DNA of 64,000 bases. It comes from Leptogorgia sarmentosa (Eukaryota). The stretch covers positions 7,688,001 to 7,752,000 of the forward strand of contig OZ210885.1 in assembly GCA_964658305.1 (NCBI GenBank). Reading direction: 5' to 3'. The notes below the pieces were generated by a model that saw only the letters and a program-made list of their open reading frames with translations, did not search any database and was not told where the DNA came from. Below are positions 10,081 through 19,026 of the stretch, piece by piece. The stretch's first letter is position 1. Every line of letters begins with the position of its first letter. The translations under genes and the position numbers were made by a program.

Positions 10081-10514
10081 CGCTAGTTTTTTTCCGTAGA
10101 CAGTCGGACACCTCATTGATGGTCGGACACATCATTATTAACATACTAACATTAGCATTAGGAATAAGCATTATAAGGATTTTGAATGTAAGACGTGGCA
10201 GCTTGAGCGGTTGGTGTAGTGGTAAGCACGCGGACTGCGTGCTATGTGTCTGGGTTCGATCCCCATCAGGGCGTTATTTTTTTCGTCATTTTTTTTTCAT
10301 TCTGCCAAAGATATTTGAGCGATTTATTTTTGAAATAAAGCCGTACTTACAATTTTCTTTCAAAATTTTATTTATATTCAAGGTTAGGGTCAGAACTGCT
10401 GTTTGGTTAAGTGTTAGTATTGTCAATTGATCACGGGAAAGAGTCTGGACGCTAATAAAGGAGGAGTCCGACCATCTCGGAGGGGTCCGACTGTCTACGG
10501 AAAAAAAATTTGCC
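10081..10514 (+). mobile_element. Non-autonomous TIR element with an internal tRNA-like cassette and 7-bp TSD
   Basis: TIRs TTTTTTTCCGTAGACAGTCGGAC / GTCCGACTGTCTACGGAAAAAAAA. ACGGCGA is duplicated at 10074-10080 / 10515-10521 (the match could extend to 10 bp). A-box TGGTGTAGTGG and B-box GGTTCGATCCC lie at 10212-10263. Confidence 0.8.
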
Positions 10515-10587
10515 ACGGCGACGTCGTTGGAAGATTGGAAAGTGTTTTGGAACGGCTGAGATATTACATTAATCCCCCATTTTTAAC

Positions 10588-10640
10588 ATGATTCTCGCTT
10601 CGGGTGCGAGAGGTCACGGGTTCGATTCCCGTGCAAGCCC
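10588..10640 (+). pseudogene. tRNA-Pro(CGG), 5'-truncated
   Basis: ATGATTCTCGCTTCGGGTGCGAGAGGTCACGGGTTCGATTCCCGTGCAAGCCC; the 5' acceptor strand and A-box are missing. Confidence 0.75.
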
Positions 10641-10762
10641 TAGTTAATTAACCAAGTAAGACGTTATGTTTTTTGAAAGCTTTCGTAAATCCTTAGAAAA
10701 CACAACGCAAAAAATTCGGTTACATTTGCCGTCACGACGTCTGAATAACATCACACCAAACA

Positions 10763-10786
10763 CGTCCATGGTTGGACTCGAACCAA

Positions 10787-10828
<42 letters not shown>
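10763..10828 (-). pseudogene. tRNA-Asn(GTT), 5'-truncated
   Basis: Copy of 9786-9859 lacking the 5' acceptor strand. Confidence 0.75.
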
Positions 10829-11071
10829 CAACTCACAAATCTTCCCAAAAGAAATGTAAAAATAATGGATATTACTATTTAAAAACATACACTCGTGAGT
10901 TTTCCGAAAAATGCAAATAGCACTCGTACTTCGGGCTCCAGCTAGAAGTTGAAAACTTTGCTTTAAAAAAGTTTCTTCGACAACTTCTTTTTATAACTTT
11001 TCTCTTTTTTCTCCTTATTGCATGATATAACACCAAAATTTTGCCAAATAAATTCTGGAAATTTGCTCTTC

Positions 11072-11141
11072 CGTAGTCCGCAGGATTTGAACCTGGGCGG
11101 GAATTTCCCAACAGATTTCTAATCTGTCGCCTTAACCACTC
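11072..11141 (-). pseudogene. tRNA-Ser(AGA), degenerate and 5'-truncated
   Basis: Homologous to 12113-12194. Confidence 0.75.
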
Positions 11142-11319
11142 AAATAAATTTTCATTCTGCGAGTAAAATCCAACAAAATATTTTAGTAATCGTTTTCAAG
11201 TATTGGTAGATAGATTTAATATGAATCGTAGTATTTGCATCTCAACTCTTTGGGTCGCATATTTTCCATCAACCTGCTTTAAAGAATTTGAAAGTTTTCC
11301 AGTTTATATGTATGATAAA

Positions 11320-11391
11320 AAGGAGCGGGCGGGTTTGAACCACCGACCTCTCGATCCGCAGTCGAATGCTCTACCACTGAGCTACACTCCC
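11320..11391 (-). tRNA. tRNA-Cys-type body carrying a GCG (Arg) anticodon
   Basis: Reverse complement GGGAGTGTAGCTCAGTGGTAGAGCATTCGA-CT-GCG-GA-TCGAGAGGTCGGTGGTTCAAACCCGCCCGCTCCTT. Confidence 0.85.
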
Positions 11392-11605
11392 TGTGTAGTC
11401 GACTAGGTTAATTACGTACATATGATTTCAAACGCAGCTATAATCAATTCACGGACCTCTTTTTTTTCAATTTTCCATTCAAATACAAAATCTTTCTTGG
11501 CATGTTTCATATAACCTTAATGCAATAAAAAACGCGACTTCTTTCCGTTGTTTTGTAGATGGAAAACTTAGGCATTGAATCTTTCACTTTAAACACTCAG
11601 CCGCC

Positions 11606-12014
11606 AGCAGAAATTTTTTTTGGGATCACTTCGCGGCTTGGTTACCAAGCACTGATCCAATTCTGAATCTATTAAAACAGAAAATATTGTTTTTTCTTTT
11701 TCTTTTTGTTTTTCTAATCCTGGCCCAAACAGCAATTCTGACCCTAACAACAAAATGCTGAGAAAAAAAAGCTTGAAAGAAAACAAACAAAATGACAAAA
11801 AAAACAAAATGACAAAAAGCCGCCAACACGCGAGAATCGAAACTACAGGGTCGCTACTGGCGAGTCGTGACCATATAGTCTGAGTTAACGAAGCTCGACA
11901 AAATTGGCGGTAAAAACTTTTTATACGAATAGAATGTTAATTGCAATACGTAATGTAAATGAAATGAATGCTTAGTAACTAAGCCACGAAGTGATCCCAA
12001 AAAAAACTTCTGCC
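11606..12014 (-). mobile_element. Non-autonomous TIR element with 7-bp TSD, related to 10081-10514
   Basis: About 45-bp TIRs GCAGAA(T)nGGGATCACTTCGCGGCTTGGTTAC.AAGCA and TSD AGCCGCC (11599-11605 / 12015-12021). Shares TTAGGGTCAGAA.TGCTGTTTGG with the 10081 element. Confidence 0.8.
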
Positions 12015-12112
12015 AGCCGCCACCACCGAGAACACAACTTCCTGTCATCGAGTTTTTCCCCAAAACAATTCATGTTTATCCTCGAGGCCAAAATTGTAAA
12101 GACTTTGCATAA

Positions 12113-12194
12113 CGTAGTCGGCAGGATTTGAACCTGCGCGGGAAACTCCCAACAGATTTCTAGTCTGTCGCCTTAACCGCTCGGCCACGACTAC
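12113..12194 (-). tRNA. trnS: tRNA-Ser(AGA)
   Basis: Reverse complement GTAGTCGTGGCCGAGCGGTTAAGGCGACAGACTAGAAATCTGTTGGGAGTTTCCCGCGCAGGTTCAAATCCTGCCGACTACG. Confidence 0.93.
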
Positions 12195-12512
12195 CTTGCT
12201 ACAACCAACAGGTTTCACGTTGTTCATTAATGAACATTCACATCCATCTACAACTGACCTACACATTCTCAGCGCTACACTCTGAACAATAGAAACTTTC
12301 TATTTTGAGGTCTTTGCAAAACTCACTCATGCAAGTTAATTCCAAATTCCACTCGAAACCATTCTAGCAATACTTTTTTTTTTCAAACGTAGTGAAATGG
12401 TGGAAAGATATGAAACTTGAACTAAAATATATAGAATGCTACCTACCTGTGCAGGAACATGCCTGAATTTGCCTGAAGCCACATTTTACCTCCAGACAAT
12501 GGCGTCAACTTT

Positions 12513-12583
12513 GCGTTGGTGGTTCAGTGGTAGAATTCTCGCCTGCCACCCTTGAGACCGGGGCTTGATTCACAGCAAACGCA
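12513..12583 (+). pseudogene. tRNA-Gly(GCC) pseudogene
   Basis: Intact 5' half; decayed anticodon stem and B-box. Confidence 0.75.
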
Positions 12584-12667
12584 GAATGTTTTCATTTTGT
12601 TTCATTTCAATTGCAACTCGAGAAAAAATGTGGGTTCGTAACACAGACATGAACATGAAATTGTAAC

Positions 12668-12739
12668 TCCCATGTGGTCTAGTGGTCAGGATCTGGCGTT
12701 TTCACCGCCATGGCCCGGGTTCGATTCCCGGCGTGGGAA
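12668..12739 (+). tRNA. trnE: tRNA-Glu(TTC)
   Basis: TCCCATGTGGTCTAGTGGTCAGGATCTGGCGTTTTCACCGCCATGGCCCGGGTTCGATTCCCGGCGTGGGAA. Confidence 0.92.
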
Positions 12740-13224
12740 TTTTTTCTGACAATTTCTATTTGGAACAGTTTGTCTTCACATCCCCAAACTCGCCCGAGAC
12801 TGGGATTAGATTCCCGGCTAACGCAGAATATTTTCATTGTGACGAGTTTAAATTTCAAATGCAACACGAGAAAAACGTAGATTTGTAACACAGACATAAT
12901 CTAATAATTTTATCCAGGAAATAAAAATTTATATTTTCTGATATCACCGTCACTTATGATAACTATTTGATAGCCGCAAACTATTTGATTGGGGACAGAG
13001 TTTTTGCATTGCTTTGTAAATTCTTGATTTTTACTCTTTATAATTTTATTGGGAAAATGAGCTTTTAACAGAATATCCCTTTAGGAATTAATTTTACAAG
13101 CTCCCCTTCGCATTAATTTCGTTCTTTGATCAATTTGTTTCAATTAACTCGGGATAAAAAAAGGAAGGCGGAAGAGAAAGGTAATAAAATTCGCAGCATT
13201 TGTAAAATATTCAAATGTCATAAT

Positions 13225-13296
13225 AGGTTCCGCCGAGACTTGAACTCGGATCGCTGGATTCAAAGTCCAAAGTGCTAACCATTACACCACAGAACC
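13225..13296 (-). tRNA. trnQ: tRNA-Gln(TTG)
   Basis: Reverse complement GGTTCTGTGGTGTAATGGTTAGCACTTTGGACTTTGAATCCAGCGATCCGAGTTCAAGTCTCGGCGGAACCT. Confidence 0.92.
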
Positions 13297-13479
13297 TTAA
13301 CACAATCTTGAACTCGGATCGCTGGAGTGCTAACCATTACACCACAGAACCTTAACACAATCTTGACAAAGTTTTCCAATTCTTTAACGTTTCTTCCTTA
13401 CTTTCACAGCAAAAGCAACACTCTTCAATGGCGGACGTGGATATTTACTGAATACGAATCATGTATCCAACTCGTCACA

Positions 13480-13560
13480 GGTAGCGTGGCCGAGTGATCT
13501 AAGGCGCTGGTTTCAGGTGCCAATCATTTCGATGACCTGGTTCGAATCCCACCGCTGCCA
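13480..13560 (+). pseudogene. Degenerate tRNA-Leu(CAG)
   Basis: GGTAGCGTGGCCGAGTGATCTAAGGCGCTGGT-TT-CAG-GT-GCCAA...GGTTCGAATCCCACCGCTGCCA; D-loop GG, anticodon stem and T-stem are damaged. Confidence 0.7.
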
Positions 13561-14012
13561 AATTTTCGTTGTTCATGGCTGTATTCGTTTATTGAGCTGA
13601 TATAAGTTTCACTAGCTGAAGGCTTTGAACCAAATATGGAAAAACTCGTAATTATATCCATGGTTGAACAAGAGTAAAATTGATATTTTATGGTATCATC
13701 CTCCTTTGCCCAAAACTATTTGATTCCCACAAACTATTTCATGATGGACAGACTTTTTGCATTGGTTTCTATAATTTTTCAATCGTTTCTAATTTCCTTC
13801 GTTAAAGAACTTCTATAACACAGTCTCGCTTTTGTAACTAAAATAAGAAATTCACCTTCGCATCAATTGTTCTTCCTCGATTATTTCTTTCACTACCTTA
13901 TACAATGTTTTAATTTGCCTGTTTGATAAAGGCTCTGCCGAGATATTACATTAATCCCAGATTTTTCTTCGTCAGTACAAAGTACATTAGAGAACTTTTC
14001 GATATCATGAAT

Positions 14013-14084
14013 GGCTTGCTGGTCTAGTGGTATGATTCTCGCTTTGGGTGTGAGAGGTCACGGGTTCGATTCCCGTGCAAGCCC
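14013..14084 (+). tRNA. trnP: tRNA-Pro(TGG)
   Basis: GGCTTGCTGGTCTAGTGGTATGATTCTCGCTTTGGGTGTGAGAGGTCACGGGTTCGATTCCCGTGCAAGCCC followed by TTTT. Confidence 0.9.
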
Positions 14085-14192
14085 TTTTAATTATAAACCA
14101 AGACGTTCTCTTTTTTGAAAGCTTACAAAACCCCGCGCAAAAGATTCGATAACATTTACTGTCACGCCATCTGTATAACATCACACCAAACA

Positions 14193-14266
14193 TGTCCCTG
14201 GTTGGACTCGAACCAACAGCCTTTCGGTTAACAGCCGATCGCGCTAACCGATTGCGCCACAAAGAC
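14193..14266 (-). tRNA. trnN: tRNA-Asn(GTT) variant, possibly a pseudogene
   Basis: Paralog of 9786-9859 with several substitutions, including the discriminator base. Confidence 0.75.
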
Positions 14267-14432
14267 TGATACTATTGAAAAGCTTCGGAAAAGAAATATA
14301 AAAATAACGGATATTATTTTGGTCAAAATCTGTTTTTTGGTCAAGCCACATCCAAATGCAACAATAAACACAACTTCAACGGTGACGATGTCCGCAATGG
14401 TGATTACAATACTTTTTGGTGTTTGAAACAGA

Positions 14433-14504
14433 TGCCGTGACCAGGATTCGAATCTGGGTTATTTCGGCCACAACGCAAGGTACTAACCACTATACGATCA
14501 CGGC
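14433..14504 (-). tRNA. trnH: tRNA-His(GTG) variant, possibly a pseudogene
   Basis: Reverse complement GCCGTGATCGTATAGTGGTTAGTACCTTGCGTTGTGGCCGAAATAACCCAGATTCGAATCCTGGTCACGGCA; mismatches in the anticodon stem and T-stem. Confidence 0.75.
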
Positions 14505-15541
14505 GATATTAATCCCATATTTTTCTTGCTCAGTACGAAGTACATTACAGAATATTTCGATACCATCAATGATACCGTCACGACGCCTGAATAATCACCA
14601 AACACGTCCCTGGTTCGGTGGAGCAAAAGCTCCTCCTCTGTGAAAGGTTGCGAAGATGCATACGCAGAAATCACGCAATAGTATAATAGCTCAAATGAAT
14701 ACATAAACGTCACAAAATTGATAAAAACGCATCTTAAAAACGGCAAAGCAAAAAGTAAAAAATGATATAATTCCTTTTTCTAGGCGGTTCACGAAATGTC
14801 AAGATCGGGACCATTCCTGATCTTTAATTTTTCTATTTTATATTCTTAATAATTATTACCTGGAAATTTCGATGTGTGACAGCTGTAAGCTGAACCCTAA
14901 TGCATGCGCTTACACTCAAGTGAGATCAGCTTTAACTCGTCGCCGAATGTTGGTAGCTGGGTATGCGTGCGATAGAATTGTATCCGCATTCGCATTATAT
15001 CTGCTTTCGAACAACTGACCCCCAAATGAATAAACTGACATTGCAAAAGTTCGAGGATATTTCTACTTTTGGACAGTATGGCAATACTGTCCAATTACTC
15101 CTAATATGATAACTTCGTTGCTAATTCTCAAAAGCATTTTAACGGGTTTTGATTAATGAGTTATATTAAAAGCGTAGCTCTTATTTATCTCCTGCTTTGA
15201 ATGTTTAATAAAAGAAATCCTATCCATTTTTGTATGTGACGTTTCACAATGTACAATGCAGGTAACTGAATTAATGTTGTTCTCTGAAAGCCAAAGGTTA
15301 AAATTCAAAACTAAGAGCTTTGAGCTCCAAAGTAATACTGAAGTATTTTTATTTCGTTTTTATTAACAATTTTAACTTAGGTAGCTAAGCTAGGTTATGG
15401 AATATTGTATTTCAGGATTCCTAGCTATTTGAGCTATGATTTCGAAGTTTTGAAGTTTTGAGTTTTAACGTTCACGTGAAAACCTCAGTTGAATTAGCTG
15501 GGTAAATATGAAGCCCAGGCCAGGATAGACAGCTTGTCTTT

Positions 15542-16556
15542 CAACCTCGTACCCAGGCTCTCTCCTCATAACCCCAAGGGCAGGAGAGACCCTGGTTGCG
15601 GCTGGTCACGTGGCACCCAGATTCTGGGTGCTTAATTGATTTGTACACTTAGGGAGGGGTGGTAGAGGAGCGTGTATGTACTGTGTTTGAAAATCTTCAT
15701 GAATCAGAATTGAAAATCATGAAATTGTATGTTGCGCTCATAAAATATTTCAAAGAAATCGAATATAATACCATTGCAATTCAATTACATAATTAACGTC
15801 ATGACCTCGAACAAACGAAGCATCGAATTACATTTTAAGCATGGGGTTAGGTCAAATTTCAAAAGAATATTCATTCAGTTCTCCTGGATGGCTACTAGCG
15901 GAGGCACGCCGAAGAAAATCTACAAAAGTATATCTGTATCGACGGTTATCTCGCGTTGCAGACTTTGTTATTCTGTTGGGGATCCGAAACATTGCAAAAA
16001 TTTATTTGGGGATTTGAATCGAGTAATTTTACGCAACGCCGATAGTGTTTACGGCAGTGAGTGTCTCGTTTGTTTGCTAACATCGATAACCGCCGCCCGA
16101 ATACCACTCGCATATAAATTCAGCGAATTTAATGGAGATACAACCATAACAATCGAGGAAACTGCGGCGGTAGCAATATGTTTTGACTTCCAACCAAGCA
16201 AATCAGTGCAAATTCTGCCTCTCGCGTAAACAATAACATTAGCAGAAGATTGAAAACCAAAGATTTGCCATAGCCCGTTGGCAAATACATGCTATCGAGG
16301 CAAACAACTTGCTTCGGTTTTAAGAAAATCTCATCATAGAAACTATTTAAAACGGCAAACTCCAAGCAAGACAAAAACACAATGTAGTCCAGCATGGCGC
16401 AACGCGACAGGAAAAGTACGCCAACTGGAAGCATGTAACATGACACTCTTCCGTCACCTCCTAAGGCAGCTAATTATTCGCCAGTCACGTGACCAGCCGC
16501 AACCAGGGTCTCTCCTGCCCTTGGGGTTATGAGGAGAGAGCCTGGGTACGAGGTTG
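15542..16556. mobile_element. AcademH-type deletion derivative
   Basis: About 70-bp TIRs CAACCTCGTACCCAGGCTCT...GGTCACGTG and a 9-bp TSD CTTGTCTTT. Minus strand has a RecQ-like helicase motif I (LKPKQ...LPTGYGKSL); plus strand has a CRLC zinc-finger start. Confidence 0.85.
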
Positions 16557-19026
16557 CTTGTCTTTTGGATTAACAAAATCCATGCATGAATTAAATGCAT
16601 GGATTAAAAAAATGACAAATTTTAATTAAAAAAATCTTTCATCCATATAAAACAAACATGTTGTGAGTCAATACGCGTCTACTATTACAATTACGTGAAT
16701 GTTAAAGATGGGGAAACTATTAATTTTACCTGACAGGTAATGCGTACACGTAGTTTGTGCAAGCAGTGGTTTATTCAAGTTGGGCAAAGAAATCGTGTGT
16801 TAATCTTCACTTGCGCAGTTTGTGGACTATACATAGGATACTCAACAGTACGCAAAGGTTAGTTACGGGAAAAAAAATAATTAGCATTGGCGAATTAATT
16901 TGGTGATCCTCAGATTAAGAGTAATTTCACTATCTCAATCTGCATGGGGACTCAATAATGATATTATACAAAATAGTCAAGGAGATAATAATAATAATAC
17001 TCACTTACAAAACATGGACCAACAGCTGCGATTTTGAGAAAGTCGCTAAAGATGCGACGGATTCAGAAACGCTGAACTAATTTTTGGTGCTGAATTGTTC
17101 AGGTTGTTTTTCACGTGTTCATGAAGTTTGAGCTCCTCCTTGGATTGAGGTTTGGTTGAGTTTACCGTTCTTGTTTACGGTATACAGATATTCTTTATCC
17201 TGGATGGGAATTGTTGTGTTACATGTGGTATGTATTGACTGAAGTTGCTATGTCCCAATGCACATTCCGTGCTTCTTCCTGAATAGTTTCCTTTGTCAGA
17301 TTTAAATACTGACATTCGGCTATTAATGGATGTAGATATAGGTTCTACGATATCCTGGAGTTGGTAATTTGATTTCTTGATGTGTTTATATACGTATGAA
17401 TGTAGGCATAGGCTATATAATGGAATGTCAGTGAGCTTTCTATTTACGGTATTATCCTTTGGTATAGTAAGTTGGAAAGTGACATGTGTGGAGTGTCTAT
17501 CACAAATAAATTTGTCTACACTGTAGACTTTAGTAAGCCAAAAAACAAGCCTAACTGTTCGAATAATGCTTTATGGGAACCAGTTTTTTAATTAACTTGT
17601 CCATTGTTTATTCCAATGGCTTCCTTGTTGAGACAGGACCGAATGACTTGTTCGCCTGTTTTGTTATGGAAATATTATACTCTGAAAAACTTTACGGCCA
17701 TGCAGGGCATAACTTGCAGTTCTGTTAATAGGAGATGCTTATCTTATTACGAAAAAAACAAAGTAAATCAAATGCACTGCTACTTCATTGCCATGTACTT
17801 GATTTCACAGACGGGGAAAGTTTCAGCTGATAGCATTGCATTACCGTAGTTGAATGAATTATCTGAAGGACAGCAATTTATGATGCTTTCCGTTCCCAGG
17901 TATTCAAATGAGTTGGGGATTATGAGATTAGCAAACGAAATGTAGCTAAAAAAGCACTCTTTCTCCTTTCATAGTAACTATTCATACAAACACTCATACA
18001 AACAGGCAAATACATATTAATTAATTTCAAAAAATGCAAATACATTATCACGAAGTTGATCTTTACAAAACTTTACTAAAATTTAAGGGAATTGGATAGT
18101 GCGGCACATTTAATTCAGTATTGAAGTCAAGTTTTCAAAATAATTCGTAGCTTTGGGGGGGGGGGGGGGGCATTTTCGCGGCATTATCTTTCGAGCTACA
18201 GTATCAATCAAATCGGCATTTTTGGCTGTGGCGCTTTTATGGGCATTGAAAGTGATGTTTTTTCCAATGTTTTGTTGTGTATCAATAAACAACACTTCCA
18301 CAGAACATCTAAATATATATATCATCGCCAGAAATTGGGGCATTGGAATCCCGATACATCCCTCAATTGTATACCCCCATTATCCCTATCTATCCCTGAA
18401 CTAGGATAGATAGGGATAATTTACGCACCGCAAGGAAATTGCTGCTTCGGTTGACAGATTAAACGAGAAAATTACTGAATTTAGAGAGTATACTTAACAC
18501 GATAGATACATGAGGGCTTTAACGGGTTGCGGGATTACGCGGGAAATTAAAAAACAAATTGAGTCTTTGAATGAATGCAATTAAACTCGATAAAATTTAT
18601 CTTTTTATTGTTCATGTAATAAATGGATGACCATATAGTTTTTAATAAAATTGCAATATCCGAGTGAACCGGGAGACTGGGGACAACGTATGCGTTCGTT
18701 CCAATGTCCGCCATTTATAGCGATGTATCTAATAAAGAATTACATAGAAGGCATACATTCTAACAGTGTAACGGTCAAAATATTTGCTAAACGCTCATTT
18801 TTAAAATTTATCACTATGAAACTTGAAACTACGAAGAAAGTCAAAACTGTAATCGAAACATACGTTCCTTCGAAAGCAATCCAGAAATTACGCCAATTAC
18901 ACCAGGGTATTTTCTTATGCCAAATTGAGCTCGACTTGGAATCGCAAAACCTTGTTCTTACTACCCATTTCGTGATGCTATAATAATCATATCCTGATAT
19001 ATTCGTATTTTCTGCTTTCTTTCTAG

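Noticed and set aside
12113..12194. Possible amber (CTA) suppressor tRNA
   Set aside because: The loop register is ACAGA-CT-AGA-AA-TCTGT, so the anticodon is AGA (Ser).
13480..13560. Possible opal/selenocysteine (TCA) tRNA
   Set aside because: Alignment to Leu tRNAs gives TT-CAG-GT; the body is Leu-type and degenerate, without Sec features.
1226..14746. Short ORFs overlapping tRNA genes (e.g. 1226-1567, 1894-2148, 10011-10430, 12045-12266, 14005-14262)
   Set aside because: They are incidental translations of tRNA genes and repeats.
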